Shown piece by piece: positions 1-12,700 of a DNA stretch of 64,000 nt; position 1 is the first letter of the stretch; every line of letters starts with the position of its first letter. The notes under the pieces are model-generated. The model did not search any database and was not told the origin of the DNA. It worked only from the letters and a program-made list of their open reading frames with translations. Location of the stretch: NCBI GenBank assembly GCA_964658305.1, contig OZ210885.1, positions 2,666,001-2,730,000 on the forward strand, read 5' to 3'. The stretch comes from Leptogorgia sarmentosa. Taxonomy: Eukaryota. The position numbers and the translations under genes were made by a program.

Positions 1-1615
1 TATATAGTTGGTATCTATGTTAATGCTTGTCAGCACAATTGCACAAACATGTTTATAACATTGTTACAAGGAATAGAAGTGTGTTTCAACAAAATGACAA
101 CATAAGCTATATATAGCGTGGCAAATTTCGCAGCGATATTTATCGTTGAATGTTCACATTATGCCATATAAATTGTGCGTGTAAATAAACGCTACAACAT
201 AAATTTGTAGAAAATTTGAGCATTGAGAATAGATAACACTTACCTAACGAAAGATCGTGTAAATACGACACAATTGGCACAATTCCTCCTGTTTTTCGTC
301 GAAATTTCATCAATAATCTCAACCAAAATAGCGTTAATTTTCAAAATTTAAAAATGCGCGCTCACGCTGAACGCGCAAAGGATCATGGTCTCTCCAAATA
401 TGGTAAAACATGGCAACTGATCTCAATTAATAAAGGATTGATTTCTGACAGCATGGAGTATAATTCACATGGCATTTAGTGCCATTTACAACGAATTGAA
501 CGAAATATACTAACTTCGAACTGTAACTTGCTACGCCAATGTATTTTTCAAGCTATTAATTCATATACCATGTACTTATTCCACGTATAAAACAGGGCAT
601 ACAGAGCCAGTCTGTTCTTTCTACCATGATCTATATAGTGCCAATTCTGCCAATTAATAAGACAAGTCACTAATTCGAGTACGTGGATATTTATGGTACC
701 AATCGGCTTATGTATTAATAAAATGATGCGGATAAACAGTAAAAATAAATAATATTGAATAAATTTCATGAAAAAGTTCACATTCAGTGAGATATTCGAT
801 AGAATATCCCGTACCATGTTATCAAACATATTGTATAGAACATGTAATAGGATATTTCATATGAATGTGCAATGACATATTCTATACGATCTCAAATCCT
901 ATAGAATATAGCAATATTCTATAGGATATGAACATTCTTTAGAATATTCTATAAGAGATAAATATTCAATAACATATTCTATAGATTCTATAGTTGGGAA
1001 GAGAGTTGGGAAGTTTAATCAGCGTGGTAAATCATGCAGTTAAACAGCTACATTTTCATTCCAGAGCAAAGAATCTTTGTACGTGCTAAAAGATGGCGGT
1101 GATGAAGCTAGGACAATCTGAAATAAATCTTATAGATAGAACATGATTGCACAATATCTTTATTGCTAAATATGAGTGCATAAAAGCTTCATAAATTAGA
1201 GGATCGTCCCCTACGAGGAATCGAAATAATATTATTATTATTATACAGCATAATTACAATAAAAAGATATCGATTACGAGTTCGAACTGATGCATGATCT
1301 TTTGATTTGTTATCTTTCACTAAAAGTTTTTTAAATTTTTAGCAGTAACTTTTGTTTGCAGGCATTTCCACCCATCCGTTCCTATAGTCCTGCAATCCTG
1401 AGTTATATATAATAATACGAGTATAGCATGGGCATCTTAGTGTGGCGATAATCTTGTTACTCACACTGAGTAACATCACTTAAAGTATTCAGCACCTGAG
1501 TACAACAGCATATACTGTAGTTGTATATTATCATTTATCAGAAACAAATAAATATTTCGGAACTAGTGCATTAGTTCCGAAATATTATCATACATTCGAA
1601 GTTTCGAACCGATTT

Positions 1616-1684
1616 GCCCTCGTAGTTCAGTTGGTTGAGCATTGGACCAGCAATAACCAAGGGTCGCGGGCTCGAATTAGGACT
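1616..1684 (+). mobile_element. Degenerate tRNA-like head (probable tRNA-derived SINE relic)
   Basis: A-box-like TAGTTCAGTTGG and B-box-like GGCTCGAAT with tRNA-like spacing; no convincing acceptor stem. Confidence 0.45.
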
Positions 1685-3023
1685 ACAGCGTTAGCGAAAT
1701 TCAGTTATCTTTATTGATATATGAATATCAACAAATATTCACAAAACTAACTCATTGCGAAGTGATTCACTAAACATGAAAGTGTCTAGATCTTGTATTC
1801 ATGTAGTGTACGGTGAGAAAACGCTCACGTCATGCTTTCCGTACTGTTAGGTAATTTAAATCTTGTGACAATGATTATTTAAGGAATAGAAAAGCCGAAA
1901 GGTTCGTGTTTCCACACATTTCTCGGCGTTCTCACAAACTTGCACAAGTGTTCACATAACTCGATGTAAACATAGGAAAATGTTTTCTAGTATTTTTATA
2001 AAATAACACGATGGCAAAAGTGGAATAACGGAATAGTCAAAAGCTGCGGGAAATAGCTGTGTTTACATAATCTCATATCAACACGGCTGTTAGCCAATCA
2101 CGCGCGCGCAGTCGTTTTCACTTACTTCCGGTTATTTTATAAATAATATATAACAACGTGCTCTCCTGGTAATCACCATACGGTTGTACATTGTGGTATG
2201 GGGTTAGATTGCATTGTGGATTGCAGTGGCGTAGCGTGACTGCTTGCATGTATGGAGGGATATAAAATATTTTCATTTTGCCAAATGTTATGCTTGTAAA
2301 TAGGGGAGGGCGAATCTGACGAGGCGCCACGGTGCCACCATAGTTAGCGAGACATTTTTAACCGTTCAGAACACGTAGATTGCCGGAAACGGCCATTTCA
2401 GAGTTTAAATCTGCCTCTTTCAGCTTCTTCCTCCACAGGCGCTTTTATGCTTTCAGTGAGTTTTACCGACGATCATATTATGATAGTTTTTGTGCGATCG
2501 TGAAGAAGTTGTATAAGTCTTAATCAGTTTGGAAGAATGTTTCGTTGAAGTTGTTTTAATTCCTGTTAGGAAAATATTATACAGTTAACAGTAAGCATGC
2601 ATGTTATTTAATGCTGTATTCTTTATCTTACTTAAAAATTAACCACAATATTCTACTTGTAATAATTATTAACATCTATAGTTTCTACTGTTTGAAATCA
2701 CTGGTCTTCAAGAAATACGACATTTTTAGCGTCTTTATTGGATTCAGGCAACGGTTTGTTTCTTATCGAAGTTGGTAACTTTGCGACCGCATTGATTATA
2801 CCACTTTAAACCGCACTATAATAAAAAATACAAGTTAAATTTATGTTTTCAGCTTGCTGCTAAAGCGTGTCGTCGGCTAGAATAACAAAATCCATCACTA
2901 AAGCTAGGACGAGCATCTTAAAATTATTAAAACTTGTAAAACTGGAATGTGCACGGCGGGGAAATGTTCTAAGAAGCGGAGATGATGCTCAAAAATGATG
3001 CAAACTTCCGGACGTATTATGAA

Positions 3024-3266
3024 GAGAGGACCTGAAGGGGTAAAGTGGGAACTGGGATTTGCTTATTTTTGGCGGGGGAAATGGGATTTCGTGCACTGGG
3101 ACTAGGATTCATCAGCAAAAAAACATTAGAAAATATTAATGGGATTGAGAGTTGAGCAGGACAACCACTGAAACGATGGGATTTGTGCTTTAGAACACTG
3201 GATTTAGCTATTAAAATTCGGGCTGCATGGGGAATGGGAATAGGAACCCCCCTTCAGGTCCCTTTC
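3024..3266. mobile_element. MITE with GGACCTGAAGGGG terminal inverted repeats
   Basis: GGACCTGAAGGGG at 3028-3040 and CCCCTTCAGGTCC near 3249-3261; internal TGGGA repeats. Confidence 0.65.
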
Positions 3267-3706
3267 TCACTTCGCAATTTGCAACAGCTATACTTTCCGC
3301 GTCCTCCAACATATTGCGACCAAACCACAATTATGTGCATGAATTGTTCTGAATATTGGACGCTCTTTCTAGTTGTTTTTTTTCCATGCTCACTAAAATT
3401 AATAGCCTATTTATGCTTTAATGCAGGAATGACTGGTTTGGCACGTTTGAACCTGTTATCATTCACTAAGGAGCTGATTACATGATGGATTGAAAAGAGG
3501 AGAATAATTTGAATAACAAAAGGTCATATTATAATATTAATACACACTTTGTCTTTCTTTTTCAAATTATTCTACTCTTTTCCATACGTCAACTGCCGGG
3601 ATGAAATCCCAACCCGGGATGAAATTTCTCCATGTAAACAGCCCCTAACAGTTAAACTCAACATCTTTCTTGAAATATAAATATGCCTACAGCACATCGT
3701 ACTTAC

Positions 3707-3831
3707 TTTCCGGCGCTTCCTACAAGTATATTCATCATAGCATTGTCCATTTCTGCAGATTCCATTGCACTTGCAGCTCCAGGTGCAAAATCTGCCTTTG
3801 ATTATTTTTCTAACACAACCTCGGCAACCAC
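3707..3831 (-). CDS. Cys-rich cationic exon of peroxidase A (GGCRGCVRKIIKGRFCTWSCKCNGICRNGQCYDEYTCRKRRK)
   Basis: Acceptor TTTGTTAAG|GT is phase 1 and matches donor CCAG|GTATGC at 4012/4011; open for 41 codons with 8 Cys; ends at GTAAGT donor. Not in the ORF track. Confidence 0.72.
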
Positions 3832-6800
3832 CTTAACAAAGACGTGCAGAAGTCGACATCACTCTTCAATTATTCAGCTAAAGATCAATAAAGGCTCGGA
3901 AAGATGTGTTAAAAACATTAATTCATTATTAAAGCATCAACTATCAAGCGATTATTGAAATCGTTTATTTAATTGCTATCATCGTCAAGTATTATTGAAA
4001 ATATGGCATACCTGGTGATGCTGCGCCACCTGTCGATCCTTCACTTCTCCATTTGCTCAGATCGATGTCGGGTATTCTGTCGCAAAGTACTCGGTTGTTC
4101 ACCGTGCCAGCCCGGAAAGAATCCCTTTGCACCGAGACGATATTCGCTAAATTATCACACAAGATTCTTGACATTGACGCATTTCTAATTTCAGCCAACT
4201 GCTCTTCAGAAAAAACACCTTCTTTCTCGTAATAAAACCTATCACCATCTCGTACGCGTCTCATTTGTTCGCGAATAATACACCCAAATGTTGCACCAAC
4301 AATTCCGCCATTAGCTGGTGTTTCTGCAAGACCTGCCACCCATAAATCAGCCAGGTTTGGATCATCATTATACAACTGAGATAACAGTTCTCTGTTTTTA
4401 AAATCTACAATTTCTTTCGCCGTATCACAGAAAGATTTTGCATCCTTCAAACCGCATCCGCGCCTAAACGCGTTATAACCAGGTAAGCCGTGATCTCTGC
4501 CTCGCTGGATGTTCAGTGCCGCCAGGTTTAAACCAGGAGATGATGGACGTTCAAATAAGTTATTTAATAATCCATCTGCTAGCTGACGGTCGACTGTTTG
4601 AGACTCGTTTCCAAGTAAACCCAAGAGCAATTGCTCGATTCCAAAGGTGTTGATGAAAGTGTTGTTGAAAAACATTTCACGTAATGGTAGAGGATCTCCT
4701 GTTGGGTTGAAACCTTCATCCAATCGATCAAATGTTGGTCGGATCAAGCTGTGTCCAAATCTAAATGCAGCTGTAGAGAACGAATTGAGAATACCGGGAT
4801 TTACATTTTCACTATAATTCTCATACTTTGGAAGAGTGTTGCCAATGATGATTGGTAGAAAATCTTCATATGCGATTTTCTGTAAAACAGCTCCAACGAT
4901 TTTTCTTGTTTCCTGGTAGGTCGTCTCATTGTCCCATTGCGAGTTAAGCTGCTGTAGTTTTCGTGCAATCCTATTGTGTTCTCGGAGAAACAAGGTGTGC
5001 ATACTAGCAAGAGACATCTGTTCATTGGTTCGGACATCACCAGCTAAGAAGCAATGAGGTTGGCAGAAACTGTCTGGAGCCATGAGTCTACTGTCATCTT
5101 CAGGAAGGAATTCTCCATTGATTCCCGTTGTTGTATTCAGCAATGCTGTATCTAAATATGATGAAAAAGACTGTTGTTGTATGTTTTCTGCACTTGGGAT
5201 AGAAGGGACTGTGTTTGGTTCAAATCTGGCAGGCGCGAATGAATATGCATGTAAGTGGGTTTTTGAAATTGCCAATTTATCCAGTGTTTAAAACTATTAT
5301 GTTTATACTCTGAGAAGTCCTGTTCGTTTCGTTATCTAGAACAGTGTGGTGGAATGAATAAAATCATAAATGGAGCAGCTTGCAAGCAACTCAAGCATTA
5401 AGTTTGTGTACTTACTTCGTGAATCTCTCAAATTTTTCGCCAGCTCTTCGCTAGATCCATAAACTTGTGAGGCATCAACAAACGCTGTGTTGACGTTTAT
5501 TTGTTGTTTGGGCGTTATCTGGTTTTTTCTATCAATGATGCATTCGCTTGCAGATCTCGCAAAATGAATGGTATTGAAATTGCCAATTGGTAGGATTGTG
5601 TAACAAGGTGCACGAAAATCATCTTTTCCTCCATCGCCACTTTAAAACGAGGAAAAAATTAGTTGAAACGCGTTTCCCAGTAAAAAGAAGAAAATGAACG
5701 CCTTGCATGGTCATCGCATGAGAAAGTATGCTTTGTCAATGTGATTAACTAACATTAGCACGACTCCTCTACTAGGCCTAGGTTATTTTCCCTCTTGTAA
5801 TCAGGGGCCGGTTGTATCAAAGGCGTTTAGCTTAAACGGTGGATAAGTCGAAAATATCAAACGAAATTATGAAATATTGACTACAAGGAAACTAAACTTT
5901 TCTGTGTAAACATAACAACTATGCATGGAACTACACATTTGGTTGATAAAATTTGTGTATCTTTAGTATCATGCATTTTGTTGTATTATGCAAATATTTT
6001 CTCTATATGTTATATGTATCAATGCAATGCAGATTAAAACTTCATCAATGGTATACCTCAGGCTTTTTGACTATGGTTCCAACAGAACTGGGTAAACAAA
6101 ACATGCTTTAGAGATTGATCGAAATTACAATACAGCTTGTTGTGTTTGTTACTATAGGCGTGCCCTAATTCGTTATATCTGCAGAGACGTTTCCTAAATT
6201 TGCACATCAAAACAACACTATGAAATTCAGACTCTCTTAAATTAGGTCGTTCCTAATTTATGATAATGCAAGACATGAAAGTGACGGATTCTCCTTCAGT
6301 CACTTCAGTCAAACGTGCTCCATCAATTTTTAAGACAGTTGAAAAGTTTTAAGGTGAAAGACCACTCACGTACCTTGTCTTCATGCATCTGTCAGAATTC
6401 TCGCTTTCAGGAGAGAGATCCAAATCATGGTCTAAAAATTGTCCAAATTGCATGACCAAATGAGAAAGCTTGCTAATAGGTATCTGAGGTTTCGTCTGTT
6501 GTGCGATAAACTCTTTAACCACTTCAAATGTTGCTGGAATATCTGGGACATTATTTTGGCCTGGAAATCCAATAGGATCCTTAAATCCGTCAGGATCGAA
6601 ATATCTTGCAGGTAATAAACGATTGAGTCCTGTAGGCGCCGACCCAAACAAGGGATTGTTGAGGTTATTACACGTTCCATCGAATGTTCTATATTGATCA
6701 TTTTCGCCACATTGTGGGTTTCGCTTTCTACTACATTGCGCAACTTTGGACAACTGTCGTAAAGCTTTTGTTGAAAATAATGTATTCAATGACCAACGAA

Positions 6801-8905
6801 ACACAATTTGCTGATCTAAATAAAGAAAAAGTGCAAATGATTTGCATTAGTATCTGTCAACCATTCCCAAATCGAGGTTTTCGCAGGCTTTTGATCTTGT
6901 TACGGTATCTCCTCATAGAATTTAATGATTTAATTCGTTGCTTAATTTTCTGTTGCTCAATTGAATTTGCTTTGCCGCGAACTGCCCAGGTACACAATTA
7001 GATCTCATTTGGGCTAGAAGATCGCCTCTGAAGCAAGTAATTAACTAGGTAAGCAAGGAATCATGTTGACGTTGAATTATAGTATTCAGCATGAATACTG
7101 TCGTGAAGTGATGTTTATTTATCTAGACGCACACTGACAGTCACGTGAACAAATCCATTCTTATAAGTAATACTTGATAAAACATTTTTATTGCTGTTAG
7201 TGGAAACGAAACACAAATATATTATAGTATAATCATTTGACTTTTATATTGAGTTAGGTTGGGGACCGGTCATTATTTATAGCAGGGGTGGGCCCTGAAG
7301 AGAAAATGTTTTAAAGACAAAATTTTTTCTTACCCCACTTTCTTTTTACGAAAATTTTTTCTTACCCCACTTTCTTTTTACGAAATTTTTTTTTTACCCC
7401 ACTTTTTAAAACAAGGCAAACAACTTGATAAATAACTGGGATTATCACTCAAGCCGGAACAAGTTCCAAAATTTGTGCAAGCCGTCTTTAGCTAGTGGTA
7501 CCTTCTCATATCATATTTTACCCCACCCCAGACATGCCTAGTTATTTAGCTACCCCACCATTCTCTCTCTTCGTCCCCCACCCCTGTCATAAATAATGAC
7601 CGGTCCCTTAGCTTAGTAAATAAGACAATTCATAACATATCCCATTCATATTGCATAATGATGACTCCATAATGCTATTATTATGTTATTGTATGAGATG
7701 ATGAATAGAATAACTACCTGAAATTTTTGGAATATATTGTGCCACAATTTCATTTATTGCTTCTTGCAATGCAGTGTCAACCTTTGCAGACGCCATCATT
7801 TCATCAAATGCTTTACGATTTTTCTCTTTTTCTACCATCCTCATCATCCTGTGCAGAGAACCTGCCATCCCTCTTCCGGTGTTGTACTTTTCGTTTTCTT
7901 TTACCAAACTTCTCCATTTACGAATGGACGAACTCAAAAATGAGTCCCCAAACTTTTCACGGAAAACAATTAGATTAACCGTTACATCATAATTGGATTG
8001 CGAATAGCCACATGTTGTTGTGACTAGAACATTTGCGGTCAGATTCCTAAAATTCTTCTTTTGACTTCCTAAGTGGAATCTTGTATTCAATCTCACGATT
8101 CCTGTTTTATGATCAACAGTTATAACATTCCAGAACCAAAATCTGCCTGTCCGAAATTTCGTTGTACAACCAGTTGATGACGTCTCGATCTTTCCAAGCG
8201 GGCCAGACAACACATCTTCTGTCGCCAAGAATGTATAGGTGGTTGTCCGTCCTACAGTGAACACGCGATAAGGAAAATCAATGTTGATGCATTCAAATAC
8301 ATTAAAATAATCACAAAGAGATGGAAGAAGACGATACTGCTTATTAAAAAAACTCCCCTGTGAAAAAAACTGTGGTCAGAGATTACAATCTGATCTGCAA
8401 CTGCAGCATTATCTTTCATAAATTCACTTTTGTTTGGAAAGTTCGCTGTTTAGGTGTAACGTGTTCCTTGTATACAGCTAATTCGGGAAAGATTGTCCCC
8501 AAAAAACCTTAAACCTTAAACTTTAAGCGCGCAAGGTGAGATGGATAACTATTCATCTGTCGTGAAACATCGTGAAAATAAAATGTCTGAAATGTGCATG
8601 GTATATGTTATGTTCGATCTTTCGATAATTTCAGTTTCAATGGAAATTTTTGCTAGTAAAGTCAGCAAAGTTACTAAAGTATTAAAAAAGGGAAAACGTG
8701 TTCCGCAAAACAAGTTGGCCGGCTCACGAATCACGAGAAAATAAGAAAACACTTTCACGAGGACGGGAAAGTGCCAATTCACGAATCACGCAAAAAGTAA
8801 ATCTAAACTCTCATTCACGTTTCACACAAATATCTAAAACATACCTCTACTGCCAGGCAAAAACCCAAGACAAATTAACAGAATTAGAAGCGGCGAAAAC
8901 TTCAT
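3707..8905 (-). CDS. Secreted animal heme peroxidase A (peroxidase-cyclooxygenase superfamily) with cadherin-like N-terminal domain and C-terminal 8-Cys exon; 3' end uncertain
   Basis: Manual model, exons 8845-8905 ([20 protein letters not shown] signal peptide), 7718-8251, 6374-6815, 5416-5639, 4012-5151, 3707-3831; GT-AG introns with matching phases. Motifs: MQFGQFLDHDL (distal His), NTAFVDASQVYGS (Ca site), AGDVRTNEQ (distal Arg/Glu), AFRFGHS (proximal His), IQRGRDHG, GDRFYYE. Core exon boundaries are conserved in paralog B. Confidence 0.88.
7262..7607. mobile_element. MITE in intron 2 of peroxidase A
   Basis: Perfect 19-bp TIR GGGACCGGTCATTATTTAT / ATAAATAATGACCGGTCCC, extended by CAGGGGTGGG; internal short tandem repeat; absent from the paralog intron. 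Confidence 0.85.
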
Positions 8906-9050
8906 GGCTACAATGATCCTTCGTGCCTTGCTTCAAAACTGAATTGAATTTTGAAGTTTTCTCTGCGCTTTTTATACTCTTTCGTTCTTCACTTCCTTGT
9001 CAGTGTTCGTGCAAACTCCACCCAGTTTTTTTCCTGTTTCGCCGCAATTT
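8906..9050 (-). promoter_or_regulatory. TATA promoter/5'UTR of peroxidase A (shared promoter family)
   Basis: TATAAAAA at 8969-8976, 71 nt upstream of ATG; 5'UTR motif CGAAGGATC; alignable to the other three promoters. Confidence 0.7.
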
Positions 9051-9230
9051 AATAAATTAACTCGATAAGTGACGGTGGGTGTAGCGACAATGCGACAAAA
9101 ATACACCAGCGTTGCTGCGCAAAGAGTCTTTTTCCATCGACTTCCTACATTGTTCGACTTCCTTCATTGCTTTGCATGATATAGCGGAGGGAGAGTCCCA
9201 CGCCAATAGTAGCTCAAACTAAAGTTAATA

Positions 9231-9366
9231 AAGCCCATATCATACGTTAAATTTTCGTCTCATATGGAATGCAATTCAAACGATGGAAAATGAGGCAAGT
9301 TATAGCATTATCCCTTGTCTGAATTGTATTCGATGCGACCAAAATTCGACATATGAAACGGGCTTA
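9231..9366. mobile_element. Degenerate palindromic MITE, same family as 43982-44123
   Basis: AAGCCC...GGGCTT ends; shared core GAATGCAATTCA...AATGAGGCAAGTTAT. Confidence 0.7.
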
Positions 9367-9682
9367 AGGCAATGACTTTGTTAGAGCTCATTTTCAATTA
9401 GTCCAGAGCGAGGCATGAACCAAAATCGTTGACTTTATCATAATCAGTGAATCATATTTGCAATTTTTATCGCAATATCCAGTGCAAATTTCGTTTATAT
9501 AGGAATCGTAACTGGTTTACTCGCTTATACATCAATCAAAAAACAAAATCGCACACAGAACAGTGTAAACCCTTGCAGGCCTTCAGTCGCAAACTTTGGA
9601 AGTTAGACAATTCATAATTCATGCATCATAGTGTAATGGTGTGGACTTCAACTAAAAGATACTTTCATGCTATGACGAAAAA

Positions 9683-9790
9683 TCGTGGTTTATACGCTTA
9701 CGTTCGCTTTTTTTTCGACTGCATTTCGAGCCCTTTTCGTGGTTTATACGCTTACGTTCGCTTTTTTTTCGACTGCATTTCGAGCCCTTT
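9683..9790. repeat. Perfect 54-bp tandem duplication
   Basis: TCGTGGTTTATACGCTTACG...GAGCCCTTT starts at 9683 and 9737. Confidence 0.9.
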
Positions 9791-12700
9791 CTTAGATCTG
9801 ATATTGATTCATGCCGAATTAAAGCCGTTTCCTGCATGGTAGGAGACATGATATGAACTGAAGAAGGCAAATTTTTGAAGCCGATCAGAGTGGCGTCGAG
9901 AGTGAAAATAATTAAGCAGATGCAGTCTCCAAGGTGATTGGAAATGGAATCTTCCTAATCTCAGATATTTGATTAATATAATTATTACTGACAGGAAGTT
10001 GGAAGCGAATGATATATACACAGCAAAGAAATAAATCAATTTAGGCCTATACCATTATATGCTTATTGTCACTGTAGGCAAAAATAAAAGACCAATGTAA
10101 AGTGAATTTCTCTTTGCCGTTTCGCTTACCTTTGTAAAATAGTGAAGGTATCAATCAATTTCCTGTTCTGGAAAGTGCAACAAAAAAGAAATTGGGATCA
10201 TTAAATCACTATTTATAGTTATCAGTTGGAGAAAGTTAAATTGGTTTAATCGAAGGAGGAATTCAGTTGAGGAGTTGGTGTGACTGTTGACCGAATGGGA
10301 AGCGGGCCAACAACAAAATCGAATTTCGCCGCTTGGTGAGATGAGAAAGTATAGAATTGAACATGAGTGACTGATATCCCGTATAAAAGAGATTGGTGAA
10401 TGGAAAATAAAAATAGACTTATTACGTGAAACATCCAAGTCTCAATTGATAATATGAGAAGACGGCTATGGTTAGTGGCACACTCAGCTGTTTCGTAGCA
10501 AACCTACGTAAAACGGCAGTTTATAGTCTAGCGATATAATTATAGCCGAGTAAACTATGACCTACACTGATTCCTGACAAAAGGGCCTTTGCTGGTACCT
10601 ATGTGTCTTGTTATATTGTTCATGCAGTTATCCGCACTCGGGTAACGCTATATTGAAGTTATAATAATAGGACGGCAAAGAATTGTTATACCAAAATTCT
10701 AGAATGTTGACAAATAGGCCGTGTGGGTGGATAAAATTCAGTTAATTAATTCAAGAATTCGAAATTAAGATTAATGTCCTACACAAATCTTGAACTGTAA
10801 ACTTTGCACCTTAAATTCTAACGGCCTATTCAAAATGTAATGACAGCACAAGTTTCAAGATCCATAGTTGAATAGTCCAGCTACTTCTGCATAAACCTCT
10901 CGTAAGAAAATTTTTACCACGTCTCTACGAATGACATACTCCCATTATGATTTAAGGTTTGGAGTTCATGTGGTTGGCAAAGGGGAGCCTTTGAGAAAAA
11001 TATGCATTTTGTAAACTTTTCCCCGGTGAATGTTTTGCATTCCATTCTGGTTTATTTCGGGGTTAAAAAGTGATACCACAGATCCTACCTGTTCCTAATA
11101 CAAACCAAATAAAAATTACTATTCACTAATGATCGTTTCGTCAACAAGTGATTTATAAAAAATGGATAACAATAAAGATAACAATAAAGATAATGATAAA
11201 GATAGTACAAAGAAATGAATCAAATTATATTACCACGCCCGACCATTTAAGGCTTCCCCGAATGAAATAAAGTACAGGAAGATGCATTTTATATAGGTTG
11301 TTCAAAAAATGATATTGAGTTCACCAAACGATTTCCTGTAGTCAAATGATTGAATAATTTGTATACCAAAGACACGCTTCAATCACCAAAGCTCAGCAAG
11401 TGTTTGTGTGTACGGCCAACCAGGAAAAATCGGACAAGGAAATGCGCAAGCGATACACCATTGAGAGGCCCTGTAGAAAAAGGCCCTGTGAAATCTCGAG
11501 AATCTTGAGATTCCCAGTATTTTTTTAGTTGCTAAAATCACTGCAATCGATACAGAATTCATGGAAAACAACTATCACAGTATAAAACTAACAGCCGCAT
11601 TCAAAATCCCGCTCTTTCATAAAAAATACATCAATTCATTAGCGGGGCTATGAATGAATAGAATTTGTGTTAAAAATGAATAAAAAGCTTTTCTATGCTG
11701 GTTTGGTATTCATAAAAGAATAAAAATTCGACACTTTGATTTTGCTTTGCGAGCTCGTCCTCCTCTGTGGTAAATATGCATGCATATACAGGTAATTCAG
11801 TAAAAGTTGCATGCTCTTTGCCAAGGCTATAAACTCTCAACGCTAAACCTTTAACTTTAAACGCTGACATAGAGCACATTTTCTAGACACATGGAATACC
11901 TCCTAAGAGCATAATACATTCGAAAATAGTGGATAATATTTAGCGACAAATTTGAAAACCTGTGCTCCCATTGGGCTTTCCACGATTATAGTTTGAAGTC
12001 CAAGGTTTATAGAGTTTAAGGTTTACGCAAGCAAAATTAATAATGTCAAGTTGTCAAGGAAAAAAACTCCAGAAAACGGCTTAAACTGAATCCTGATTGG
12101 AATGACTCATATATCGATCGAAGAAATTATATCTTTCCATTTGGAAATTATCTTTCCACATGTTGGCAAATGAATGTGGATAAATGTATGCCTTTGATGT
12201 GACCTATAAATCTTGAGCGAATCAATTCTTCAAAAATTAGTCTTTAGGAAATTACATGAAAATGTCGCCTTTGCTCGAGATGCTCTCGATCTACGACGCG
12301 AACGTCAACATGGAACAGACGTAAAATCGCAACTATTGGGAAACGAGTAAAAAAATATGGGTTCTTTTTGTGGACAAAGACAAACATAAGAAAAATAACA
12401 AATTTGCATGCTGTAGAGAATTCAAACTTGAAGCACAAGTTGTTGGTTCCTTATCACATCCGCGTCGGAGAATGATACCATCTTGAGCTCGCTAAGAACA
12501 GGGACCGCATTGTATTCAGTGCCAAACTTTTTAAGCTATAAGTATCGTATATTTCCTGTATATTCCTAAGGAGGAACTGAGAAGAAGGCGGCGGCTTAAT
12601 GAATTCAAACGAAATTGATGCGGCAGAAAATACAATCTAATAGTTTGATGTTTACATTACTGAAATATCAACCAATTCGTAGTTTGATTATCATTATCAT

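Noticed and set aside
1616..1684. Functional tRNA gene (also ~23945-24010 and ~49531-49565)
   Set aside because: Only A/B-box-like remnants; no complete cloverleaf could be folded.
3331..3348. Candidate terminal exon of peroxidase A (NNSCT*)
   Set aside because: Phase fits, but the acceptor lacks a pyrimidine tract and there is no other support; left unresolved.
5152..5275. N-terminal extension of the 427-aa ORF (MAISKTHL...)
   Set aside because: Intronic read-through; the paralog-conserved phase-1 acceptor is at 5151.
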